DNA of 64,000 nucleotides from an uncultured Candidatus Sumerlaeota bacterium (GTDB lineage: Bacteria; CAYMEV01), in the NCBI GenBank assembly GCA_964389675.1, contig CAYMEV010000003.1, positions 1-64,000 of the forward strand, given 5' to 3'. Of this stretch, positions 29,901 to 38,671 are shown one piece after another. A model generated the notes under the pieces. That model was not told the origin of the DNA and did no database searches. It saw nothing but the letters and a program-made list of their open reading frames with translations. A program made the position numbers and the translations under genes. How positions within the stretch are numbered: position 1 is the stretch's first letter; every line of letters starts with the position of its first letter.

Positions 29901-31279
29901 GCACAGTTTTCAGTTCTTTCTATAAAGTCTGATATGAAGTGTGATTTTCCAATGCCTGCAGGGCCGTCAACATGTATTATTCCCCCGAAACTGCTTCTGA
30001 AAACAGGGCTTATGAACCCTGACAATATTTCTGTTTCTTTGGCCCTGCTGATGAATTTCCCGGAGTATGCAAGCTGAAATCTGATCTGATTCCGCGAATT
30101 TATGCTATATACCTCAGTTCTTTTTTTGAAGCCTTTTAAAAATCGATGGCCAGTCAGTTCTATCTCGCAATAATTTTTCAGATCATGCACAATGCTTTTG
30201 TCTGCAAGGACCTGCATCCAGTCTGCAGATGTCATTAATCTTGCTGAAAGATTTACTGCACTTCCTAATGCTGTATACTCCTGCCTTCTTTTAGAACCGA
30301 CAAAACCGGCAAAGGCAATCCCTTTGGATAATCCAGCCCTGAACTTAAAACCGGGTATGTCTTTCAGGCTCAAAATAAAATCAGCTGCTGCCCGGGACAG
30401 TTTTTCCCTTGCTAATGGTGCACCGAAGAGTATAAGCAGTACAGCCCCCTTATCTCCGAAATCAATTCGGTTAAAGTATCCCCCGTAAAGATTGCAGATT
30501 TTGATTATATGCTGTATTGCCTGTTTGTAATTTCTATTATCTGCAAATCCTACAAAACAGGCAAGGATCTCTCTGAACTCACCCCTGTCTCTTAGCTCCA
30601 GGACTGCATTCGGAATAAACTGGCGCTCAATGTCAGCTGATACTGGATGCCATTTTTGAGGCTTAGGCCCAGCAAGCTTAAGGTCCTTTTCAAAAAGCTG
30701 ATACCAGCCTTTGCCAACCTGCTTTTTTATTATGCCGGCCATGGTCTTTTTTTCAAACGAGCAGTCCGCAATTATCTGCATCCGTTGTGCCTTATGTTCT
30801 GCTTCCGCACAGCTGTCAATTGCTTCTCCGCTGAAGTAACAGGCTTTCTGGAAATCAGAATTGATTATGCCATATTTTACTTTTCCGTGGGATAAGCCGA
30901 TTTTGGCTTCAAGCCTGTAGTTTCCGAATTTGGTGCTGACCAGGCCTTGTCCGGCAAAAAGCCTGATGATTTTAAATGCGGAATTTAGTGCATATTCAGG
31001 TTTTCTCCTATGAAAAATGGATGTAAAAGCATCTCCGGCGAAGCTGGATACAAACCCTCCATTATCATATATTATGTCTATTGAAGGAGTGAATATATCA
31101 TTTATGATCCCTGACAGGATCTCTGCTCCCTCCTTGCCATGCTCCATAAGTTTCTGCGTCATTGATGTAAAGCCTGAAATATCAATAAACATAGTGTATG
31201 CTGTAATCTTACCTTGAAAAATACCCTTCAGGAGCCTGTCTGCTATAAATTCAGGTACTGTATTTTTCATTCTGTGCAT
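26987..31279 (-). CDS. Tandem-cyclase (C1/C2)-STAND NTPase-TPR protein, soluble adenylyl cyclase-like
   Basis: C1 FIDISGFT/FAGDA; C2 FGDKG, EYTALGSAVNLSAR; GPAGIGKS; IDDGHWID; GNPFFIEQ; about 12 40-aa TPRs. Confidence 0.92.
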   Translation of the reverse strand: MHRMKNTVPEFIADRLLKGIFQGKITAYTMFIDISGFTSMTQKLMEHGKEGAEILSGIINDIFTPSIDIIYDNGGFVSSFAGDAFTSIFHRRKPEYALNSAFKIIRLFAGQGLVSTKFGNYRLEAKIGLSHGKVKYGIINSDFQKACYFSGEAIDSCAEAEHKAQRMQIIADCSFEKKTMAGIIKKQVGKGWYQLFEKDLKLAGPKPQKWHPVSADIERQFIPNAVLELRDRGEFREILACFVGFADNRNYKQAIQHIIKICNLYGGYFNRIDFGDKGAVLLILFGAPLAREKLSRAAADFILSLKDIPGFKFRAGLSKGIAFAGFVGSKRRQEYTALGSAVNLSARLMTSADWMQVLADKSIVHDLKNYCEIELTGHRFLKGFKKRTEVYSINSRNQIRFQLAYSGKFISRAKETEILSGFISPVFRSSFGGIIHVDGPAGIGKSHFISDFIERTENCAFFYLPCDEILRKPFNPFIYFLKTLFRQSEYDTKDKNKSNFRKEYARIINSTADPETRNELIRTESFTGALLGLKIKDSLYIRSDPKIRYENTIYAVKSLIKSLSFRKPLVLIIDDGHWIDTDSLELIRVMIRNVDNCPFAIIVLCRPSDSGERFSLFEDDMTEYCRNRVEIRELTREMTIDLIQDKFPKLKIPRKTIDFIYNRSNGNPFFIEQIVLYLNENRMLNREYEIIRGSSSVPSGINQIIIARIDRLSAALKETVKTASVLGREFSLPVLRQIIFILEILKDETDLFQKIEDGSREQIWENISSLKYIFLHAMIRDAAYEIQLKERLRQLHDLAGKAIEAIYNDDLYNHSEELAEHYEKAENSAKARFYLENAGDKARDNYQNIKALSFYDRLLKYLETEKDSEKIIEIMLNMGDILNLINRLNDAGKTYKKALELSEKIKNQALTVDCRNSMGNILRILGKIKEAESMFEESLQSAVNIDYKNGMAASLRNIGIIHFFRRNYEKAMECYAKDIAINRETGNQRGISIAMGNIGLIYKDQGNYKKAMEHYRYSLEICNTIGDKRGAGIAYGNIGNIYAYLCEYEKAMENYQQKMAICSEIGDKKELNLTIGNMGNIYFYQGKYSLAMQYYKRYLSLSIEIGDKRSCTYVYGNIANLYRCQGKLDLAMEYLEKKIELCKKLDDQKELGMAIGSMGIVYTSMGKYKKAMECCRKWADISEKLGDKRGLGNAFGNIGKIFHSMGNYPEAMENYKKMLSISEELGDKRGISLILGNLGFLYNDSGDHENAIESFRRKLRYCEKINDSIGVNETTGQIGIMHLKNNNLTEARDFLDRAISDARGLSAKPHLMIFLYYRAVLHHKTGNIVKADEMNSEALKMSHDLGNNDINILAGILKYKMEKNTAALIDLLNKKDIEEKYSALIYFELWEITQHNTYKENAKALYRELYRKIPKSEFRMMLKKMGEQIE

Positions 31280-31610
31280 AAGCCGCCCTTATGGATAAAT
31301 TTGTAGCTTTATTGCTATTATTGCCTAATTCTGTTTCCTGATAAATCTGCTGAAAATCTATTTGCGGAATATCTGTATCCCTATCTCTTAATCTAATGAT
31401 TTTGCTCAATTTTTCAAAATAAATAAGTGGAATATTATAAAATCAGGGATAATATTTCCTTATACAGCATTTTTGTTAATAAATATGGGATTTTTATATT
31501 AATTTGAAATTATCTTTGATATATTATTAATCTATCTGTAAATTTAAGAGGATCATTATGCCCTTGAGTTTCCTGGATATATTTTATTGTAAGCCTGCAG
31601 GGAGCTTTGT

Positions 31611-34600
31611 ATGAACCTGAATGCCTTTCCATTAAAGGGTGAAACAAAGAAGAAGCTGAAGAATTATATAATACTTGCCATATTATTACTATTCTGCCCT
31701 TTGACTGCAGTCAATGCAGGAGGTAATACAGAGTTAAGCCCTGAAGAAAAAACATGGCTTTTGGAAAATTCTGAAAAAATGGTTCTATATTACAATGTTG
31801 AATTTCCTCCGATTGAGTTTGCCTCTGAAAATGGTACATTTACAGGCATGGGCGCAGATATTATAAAAGAAGTAGAGAACTATCTCGGCCTGCAATTTAT
31901 CAAAGTTCCCTCAAGTGACTGGAATCAGCATCTTGCTGACCTTAAGAACGGTGAATGTGCAGTAGCCCCCACAATAGTAGCAACAACTGAAAGGGAAGAA
32001 TATGCTTTTTTCACAATGCCTTATGAAGTCTCGCCTGTAATAATTATCACAAATATTTCTACAAAAGGCGACCTGAGCATGGATGATCTTGGAGGAAAAC
32101 GCATCGCTGTTGTATCAGGTTTTGCTACTGAATCATATATCAGAGGGATTGCACAGAACCGCTTTGAGATCATTACAGTAAATAATGTTTCAGAAGGGCT
32201 CAGAAGGGTAAGTTTCGGGGAGATCGATGCCTTTATTGAGAACCTTGCTGTAGCTGCGTATTATATTGATCTTGAAGGTATCCCGAACCTGCGTGTGGCA
32301 GGCAGTACTGACTATTCTTTTGCATGGAGCATAGGGGTAAGCAGAAAGTACCCTCTTCTGTTCAGAGCTGTCCAGAAGGCAATGAAAAACATTCCTGAAA
32401 AAAAGCTGGAATCCATCAGGAAAAAATGGATAAATCTTGATCTGGGCCACTGGCTGGCCCCGGAAATACTAAGGATAATATACACTGCAGCCGGTTTTCT
32501 GGTCGTATTGCTTTTAAGCCTCGGTATTATCAGCTATATTTTGAAACACAGGCTGAATGAAAAGGTATCGAGCCTGAAAGCCGTACAGCAGGAGCTTATT
32601 AAACAGGCCGAACTGCTGAAACTGGCTACAAAATCCATTCAGGCAGGCATCTGGGATTATTATCCAGCAGAAAGATCAGGCATGGTCAGTAGAGAGAGAT
32701 ATAAGATGCTTGGTTATGATTATGAAGACAGGCAGGTAAAGCCAGAGGAATTTAAGAAATTCATGCATCCTGATGACATTGATGGGGTAGAGAAGAAATT
32801 CTCTGAATATTTAGAGAGTGACGGTAAGGGTCTTTATGAGGCCGAATACAGGGCAATGCATGCTGAAAGCTACTGGTGCTGGGTGCTTTCAAAAGGGAAA
32901 ACCATAGAATGGGATCAGGAAGGCAGGTCATCCAGAATTATTGGTCTTGATCTGAATATCCAGAACCTTAAGGAGGCTCAGGAACAGACTGTGCAGAGCG
33001 AAGCCAGGTTCAGGGCTATATTTGAATTTGCACCATATCCTATCCTTATAAGCAGTTTCGATGATGGCAGTTATATAGACGCTAACAGGGCATTTCTGGA
33101 AAACACAGGGAAAGAGAGAAATGAGCTTTCCAATTTGTCTATAAGTGATATCATTCCGGAGATACTTGATAATCCTGATGATTTTTATGAAAGGCTCTCA
33201 AAATACGGGTCTGTTATCAATAAAGAAGCGCAGATATTGCGAAAGGATGGCTCCTGCGGCATTATATCCTATTCTTCGGTTCTGCTGGATATACATGGTG
33301 AAAGACAGGTAATATCCATAATTATTGATGTTACTGAAGAAAAAAGGGCCATTGAGGCCCTTAAGGCATCAGAAGGGAAACTGCGGTCAATATTTGCTGC
33401 CATGACCGACCTGATAATAGTGCTTGATGCAAAAGGCAAAATTATCGAAATTGGCCCTACAAATTCAGACCCTCTGTATAAACCTGCGGATAATATGGTC
33501 GGGAAGAGCATCTATGATATACTCCCTGCTGATAAGGCAGGTGTTGTAAGCCAGTATATAAAGGACTCTCTGGATGAGAAGAGGCTGGTAGTCTTTGAGT
33601 ATGACCTGAAGGCTGATGGCAGCCATTTCTGGTTTACATCAAGCATCGCACCTCTTCAGTCTCAGCATGTAATATGGGTATCAAGGGATATCAGCAACCG
33701 GAAGAAGGCAGAACTGGAAAGGGAAAAACTTCAGGACAAGCTACTTCAGCGTCAGAAGCTTGAAGCAGTCGGTATCCTGGCTGGTGGCATTGCTCATGAT
33801 TTCAATAATATGATAGGTGCGATCATAGGCCACGCCGAGCTTGCTATTAATGCACTGGATAAGGACAGCCCCCTGATCCAGAATCTTGACAGGATACTCT
33901 ATGCAGCTGAGAGGTCAGCCAACCTGACCCAGCAGCTTCTTGCCTTTGCGCGTAAACAGGCCATTACACCGGTAGTTTTCGATCTGAATGAATCAATTGA
34001 GAACATACTCAAGATGATCCGGAGGCTTATCGGTGAGGATATTGAACTGCTCTGGATCCCTGGAGCAGGTTCATGCTCAGTTAAAATGGACCCTTCACAG
34101 ATAGACCAGATCCTTATAAACCTTTGTGTCAATGCAAGAGATGCCATAAAGGGTAATGGCAGGATAAGCATTGAAACAAACCATATTTGTATTGATGAGG
34201 AATATATTAATAACCATCCTGATATTGCTGCGGGAGAATATGTCATGCTGACAGTATCTGATAACGGCTGCGGCATAAAGGATGAGGACATAAGCCATAT
34301 ATTCGAGCCATTCTTTACGACAAAAGGACTCGGGAAGGGGACTGGAATGGGGCTTGCAACAGTCTATGGGATCGTCAAGCAGAATGAGGGCTTTATAAAT
34401 GTGGACAGCAGGGAGAATGAAGGGACAATATTCAGGATCTATATCCCATATGCCTCTCAAAATAAAGAAGATACGGAAAGTGCAGGAATAGTTGATATAC
34501 CGCAGAGCAAAGGAGAAACTGTACTGGTTGTTGAAGATGACCCGATTTTCCTGGATTTCATAGTACTGATGCTTAAAAACCTGTCCTATGATGTAATTTC

Positions 34601-34874
34601 TGCGAAAACCCCTGTCGATGCAATTTCCATTGCCAGAGAGGTTTCCATGATCGACCTGGTAATTACTGATATTGTGATGCCTGATATGAACGGCAGGGAG
34701 ATGGCTGAAAATATGGATAAAATCAGAAAGGATATCAAATACCTTTACATGTCAGGCTACACCGCTGATGTCATTGCTAATAAAGGGGTCCTTCAGAAGG
34801 GCATTAACTTCATACAGAAGCCCTTTTCAATTCAGGAGATAGCCTTAAAGATCCGAGACGTATTGGATGCCTGA
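31611..34874 (+). CDS. Hybrid sensor histidine kinase (periplasmic SBP, TM, 3 PAS, HisKA, HATPase, REC)
   Basis: FPPIEF SBP motif; GGIAHDFNN H-box; NARDA, DNGCG, FEPFFTTK, GTGMGL; VVEDD...TDIVMP. Confidence 0.95.
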   Translation: MNLNAFPLKGETKKKLKNYIILAILLLFCPLTAVNAGGNTELSPEEKTWLLENSEKMVLYYNVEFPPIEFASENGTFTGMGADIIKEVENYLGLQFIKVPSSDWNQHLADLKNGECAVAPTIVATTEREEYAFFTMPYEVSPVIIITNISTKGDLSMDDLGGKRIAVVSGFATESYIRGIAQNRFEIITVNNVSEGLRRVSFGEIDAFIENLAVAAYYIDLEGIPNLRVAGSTDYSFAWSIGVSRKYPLLFRAVQKAMKNIPEKKLESIRKKWINLDLGHWLAPEILRIIYTAAGFLVVLLLSLGIISYILKHRLNEKVSSLKAVQQELIKQAELLKLATKSIQAGIWDYYPAERSGMVSRERYKMLGYDYEDRQVKPEEFKKFMHPDDIDGVEKKFSEYLESDGKGLYEAEYRAMHAESYWCWVLSKGKTIEWDQEGRSSRIIGLDLNIQNLKEAQEQTVQSEARFRAIFEFAPYPILISSFDDGSYIDANRAFLENTGKERNELSNLSISDIIPEILDNPDDFYERLSKYGSVINKEAQILRKDGSCGIISYSSVLLDIHGERQVISIIIDVTEEKRAIEALKASEGKLRSIFAAMTDLIIVLDAKGKIIEIGPTNSDPLYKPADNMVGKSIYDILPADKAGVVSQYIKDSLDEKRLVVFEYDLKADGSHFWFTSSIAPLQSQHVIWVSRDISNRKKAELEREKLQDKLLQRQKLEAVGILAGGIAHDFNNMIGAIIGHAELAINALDKDSPLIQNLDRILYAAERSANLTQQLLAFARKQAITPVVFDLNESIENILKMIRRLIGEDIELLWIPGAGSCSVKMDPSQIDQILINLCVNARDAIKGNGRISIETNHICIDEEYINNHPDIAAGEYVMLTVSDNGCGIKDEDISHIFEPFFTTKGLGKGTGMGLATVYGIVKQNEGFINVDSRENEGTIFRIYIPYASQNKEDTESAGIVDIPQSKGETVLVVEDDPIFLDFIVLMLKNLSYDVISAKTPVDAISIAREVSMIDLVITDIVMPDMNGREMAENMDKIRKDIKYLYMSGYTADVIANKGVLQKGINFIQKPFSIQEIALKIRDVLDA

Positions 34875-34989
34875 CATGTCCTGTTTTCTTTTTCAGAAAA
34901 AAATCACGGCAACAGATGCTTTGATATAAAAAACTGCAGTCGGCTTCCTGGCCTCTGCAGAATTACAGATTGTTTCATGGAGGCAGCTG

Positions 34990-36033
34990 ATGAATAAAAA
35001 GACTATGGTTCTTTCTGGAATACTGTTTGTGGCTTTATGCCAGGTCTGCCTCAGCGACTACCTGACAAGGGAAAATACAAGAATTGACGTCAGGCAGAAG
35101 CTGTACCATGATGCAAACATAAAATATTTCTTCAATGCAGAAAGAATTGATAAAAGTGTAACGAGGAGCATCGATGTCGGGTTCTGCATAAATTATCTTG
35201 ACAGTGCAGGTGCAGAGAGGAACAGGGTTTTTACTGTCCCGAGCGGAGATAAATACCATAGATGGGAATTTATTGTCAATGAGGATATTACAGTATATTG
35301 CATCGAAGCTTTAAGGCTTACTGATAATACCCATAAATGGGATGTCTGGATCTCAGAGGAGGGTGGTTACTTTCAGGGCTTACCAAAAAAAAGCATTCAT
35401 GCTGAGGAAGAAATGCCTGAGGAAAATGATCTCTTCTACCGCATGGCAAGCATTGAAAGGTACAATATCGATCCCGGTGCAGTAATTGAAGAGTGGGCAA
35501 AGGGTGAAAGCATACTGCTGGATGGATTCTGGATAACCAGGCTGGAGGGTGAAAACAGGTATCAAAGCATTACCAATATAGCCTATAAGCCTATGCAGAA
35601 GAGGATCAGAGAGATCGAGCAGGAAAATACCGGGAGGAACATGGAAAAGGACGGCAGGATAAAATTCTACCGGAACTATGCAAAAGGTGGAGTCTTAATC
35701 CTTTATATAAGAAGAGATGCAGAATGGAAAGCTGAAAAAGAAAATTTTATATTATCTGTGTTTAACGGTTCAGGAAGGCTGGCATCAAGGATAGAAGCAA
35801 ATGAGGAATATCCTGTCTTTAACCCTGTTTTATCATGGGATGGATCTTTCTATCATAATTATATAATCTACTGGATACCTGATGCCTTCAGTACCAGGGA
35901 AAGCCGTATAGTATCTGTTAATGGAGAGTATGTTCAGGAATATTCCGGCAGGGACAGGTTCTGGATCGAGGTCAGGGATAAAGCCTCTGAAAATGTCTAC
36001 AGGTTCCAGATAGAGGACAGGGAATTTGAATGA
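34990..36033 (+). CDS. Secreted hypothetical protein
   Basis: 347-aa ORF with GGAGG RBS and signal peptide; no family recognised. Confidence 0.7.
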   Translation: MNKKTMVLSGILFVALCQVCLSDYLTRENTRIDVRQKLYHDANIKYFFNAERIDKSVTRSIDVGFCINYLDSAGAERNRVFTVPSGDKYHRWEFIVNEDITVYCIEALRLTDNTHKWDVWISEEGGYFQGLPKKSIHAEEEMPEENDLFYRMASIERYNIDPGAVIEEWAKGESILLDGFWITRLEGENRYQSITNIAYKPMQKRIREIEQENTGRNMEKDGRIKFYRNYAKGGVLILYIRRDAEWKAEKENFILSVFNGSGRLASRIEANEEYPVFNPVLSWDGSFYHNYIIYWIPDAFSTRESRIVSVNGEYVQEYSGRDRFWIEVRDKASENVYRFQIEDREFE

Positions 36034-36162
36034 AGAAAGAAAATGATAAAAAGTCTAAGGCATTGCCATGTCAAATTGATGAATAAATACAGGAAAAAAT
36101 GATTATAAGGATATGAAAAATGAATTTTTCAAATCATCATTATATATTGCAGGGAGGGTTTT

Positions 36163-36471
36163 ATGCCAAAGATTAGGATTACTGTACTCAAGAAGACAAT
36201 TAATGCAGAACTGGCAGAAGAATACTGTGTAGGCGATATTAAAAAATGCCCCGTATTTGAAGAGGGTGATGTATTTGAAACCGGGCTGGAAAAGCCTGAG
36301 AAATTCTGTTTATGGGCATGGAATGATATTTTCAAGTATATGACTGTATTTCTTGCTGAAGGAAGCTTTGCAAAAGGTGTTTTCGAGGGCTGGATGAAGG
36401 ACAGCAGGCAGATGATCACATGCTGTACCGACGGTATCAGGCCTGTTATATTCAAGATAGAACTTATATGA
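36163..36471 (+). CDS. TIGR04076-like small Cys-containing protein
   Basis: KIRITVLK, CPVFEEG, FCLWAW, CCTDGIRPVIFKIE. Confidence 0.8.
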   Translation: MPKIRITVLKKTINAELAEEYCVGDIKKCPVFEEGDVFETGLEKPEKFCLWAWNDIFKYMTVFLAEGSFAKGVFEGWMKDSRQMITCCTDGIRPVIFKIELI

Positions 36472-36475
36472 TCTG

Positions 36476-36500
36476 AAACAGGAAAGGCTTCCTGTTTTAT
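36476..36500 (+). terminator. Rho-independent terminator
   Basis: AAACAGGAA-AGGC-TTCCTGTTT followed by TATT. Confidence 0.7.
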
Positions 36501-36613
36501 TCTTGAAAACCAAGTCATAAATAAATATAATTTATTCTGTCATGCCTGTTTAGGAGAAATAACCTGTCTTTATGCGGGATTAAAAAAGATAAAAAATATT
36601 GGAGGATTAAAAT

Positions 36614-38629
36614 ATGGAAATAAAGGATTTTAAAAAAGCCATTCTGGAGGGTATTCCAGATAAACTTCCTGATCCAAAGCCATTTGATAATGATATAAAC
36701 CATGCCCCAAAGAGAAAGGATATTCTGACCAGGGAAGAAAAAGCACTGGCAATAAGGAATGCCCTGAGGTATTTTGATAAAAAGCATCACCCGGTGCTGG
36801 CAAAGGAATTCTATGATGAATTATGCAGATATGGCAGAATCTACATGTACAGGTTCCGGCCTGATTATGATATTTATGCGAGGCATATAGATGATTATCC
36901 TCATAAATCAAAACAGGCTGCAGCTATTATGCTCATGCTGTCCAATAACCTTGATAATGCCGTAGCACAGCATCCCCATGAGCTTATTACATACGGGGGC
37001 AATGGTGCAGTCTTTCAAAACTGGGCTCAATACCTTCTTACCATGCAATACCTTGCAAATATGACTGATGAACAGACCCTTGTATTGTACAGCGGCCATC
37101 CTCTTGGTGTGTTTCCTTCTCATAAGGATGCCCCAAGGGTTGTTGTAACTAATGGCATGATGGTGCCCAACTATTCAAAGCCTGATGACTGGGAGAGGTA
37201 TAATGCTATTGGAGTTACTCAGTACGGGCAGATGACCGCAGGTTCATTCATGTATATAGGGCCGCAGGGGATCGTGCATGGGACTACTATTACAATTCTG
37301 AATGCAGGAAGAATGATAGATAAGGAGAGCAGGGGGCTTGCAGGAAAGCTGTTCGTTTCATCCGGCCTTGGCGGAATGAGCGGTGCACAGGCAAAAGCGG
37401 GTGTAATTGCAGGAACAGCATGTGTAATTGCAGAGATTAACCCGAAGGCTGTTGCAAAAAGATATTCACAGGGCTGGGTCGATGAAGTATATGATGAACT
37501 TGACAGCCTGATTGCAAGGATAAGGAAGGTTCAGAATGAAAAACAGGCAGTATCCATTGCTTACCAGGGGAATATAGTAGATTTATGGGAAAAGCTCTCC
37601 GAGAGTGATATTCATGTTGATATCGGATCTGACCAGACATCCCTTCATAACCCCTATTCTGGCGGATATTATCCTGCGGATGTCAGTTTTGAAGATGCCC
37701 AGAAAATGATGTCGGAAGATCCTGATGGATTCAGGATAAAGGTGCATAAATCGCTGAAACGCCAGGTAGAGGCTATTAATAAGCTTACTTCAAAGGGAAT
37801 GTATTTCTTTGATTATGGAAATGCCTTTCTTCTTCAGTCATCAAAAGCTGGAGCGGATATAATGAGGCCTGACGGCAGTTTCAGGTACCCTTCATATGTC
37901 CAGGATATAATGGGCCCGATGTGCTTTGATTATGGATTTGGCCCTTTCAGGTGGGTTTGCTCTTCCTGCGATCCACGGGATCTTTCAGTCACGGACAAGA
38001 TAGCATGCGATGTCATGGAAGGTATAGCCAGGCATGCACCGCAGGAAATTATGCAGCAGATGCAGGATAATATAAGATGGATAAAAGAGGCTAAAAAGAA
38101 CAGGCTTGTCGTGGGGTCCCAGGCAAGGATACTGTATGCAGATGCAGAAGGAAGGATCAACATAGCCAGAGCCTTTAATAAGGCAGTAAGGGATGGCCTG
38201 ATATCAGCTCCGGTAATCCTTGGGAGGGATCACCATGATGTTTCCGGCACAGATTCCCCTTTCCGTGAAACTTCCAATATTTATGACGGTTCCAGGTTTA
38301 CAGCAGACATGGCTGTTCAGAATGTCATCGGTGACTCTTTCAGGGGTGCAACCTGGGTAAGTATTCATAATGGCGGAGGTGTTGGCTGGGGAGAGGTTAT
38401 CAATGGAGGTTTCGGAATGGTCCTGGACGGAAGCGCAGATTGTGACCGCAGGCTTGAATCCATGCTTTTCTGGGATGTAAACAATGGAATAGCAAGAAGA
38501 TGCTGGGCAAGGAATGAGCCAGCAATTTTTGCTGCAAAAAGGGCAATGAAAAAGGAGCCGAATTTAAGGATGACCATGCCTAATATTGCTGATGCCGGGC
38601 TAATTGATTCCGTTCTTTCTTCCGGTTAG
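36614..38629 (+). CDS. hutU: Urocanate hydratase (long, ~670-aa type)
   Basis: ELITYGG, YGQMTAGS, IGPQGIVHGT, GLGGMSGAQ, SDQTSLHN, GRDHHDVSG, HNGGGVGWG. Confidence 0.95.
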   Translation: MEIKDFKKAILEGIPDKLPDPKPFDNDINHAPKRKDILTREEKALAIRNALRYFDKKHHPVLAKEFYDELCRYGRIYMYRFRPDYDIYARHIDDYPHKSKQAAAIMLMLSNNLDNAVAQHPHELITYGGNGAVFQNWAQYLLTMQYLANMTDEQTLVLYSGHPLGVFPSHKDAPRVVVTNGMMVPNYSKPDDWERYNAIGVTQYGQMTAGSFMYIGPQGIVHGTTITILNAGRMIDKESRGLAGKLFVSSGLGGMSGAQAKAGVIAGTACVIAEINPKAVAKRYSQGWVDEVYDELDSLIARIRKVQNEKQAVSIAYQGNIVDLWEKLSESDIHVDIGSDQTSLHNPYSGGYYPADVSFEDAQKMMSEDPDGFRIKVHKSLKRQVEAINKLTSKGMYFFDYGNAFLLQSSKAGADIMRPDGSFRYPSYVQDIMGPMCFDYGFGPFRWVCSSCDPRDLSVTDKIACDVMEGIARHAPQEIMQQMQDNIRWIKEAKKNRLVVGSQARILYADAEGRINIARAFNKAVRDGLISAPVILGRDHHDVSGTDSPFRETSNIYDGSRFTADMAVQNVIGDSFRGATWVSIHNGGGVGWGEVINGGFGMVLDGSADCDRRLESMLFWDVNNGIARRCWARNEPAIFAAKRAMKKEPNLRMTMPNIADAGLIDSVLSSG

Positions 38630-38643
38630 GCATTTATACTAGA

Positions 38644-38657
38644 TGAAGCCGGCTTCA
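38644..38657. terminator. Perfect 14-bp palindrome between convergent genes
   Basis: TGAAGCCGGCTTCA. Confidence 0.4.
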
Positions 38658-38671
38658 GGTTCCACTCAAAA

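Noticed and set aside
16719-31279. Pycsar or CBASS call for the cyclases
   Set aside because: The cyclases carry ATP-type specificity residues and STAND-TPR fusions; no adjacent cNMP-binding TIR or TM effector and no CD-NTase.
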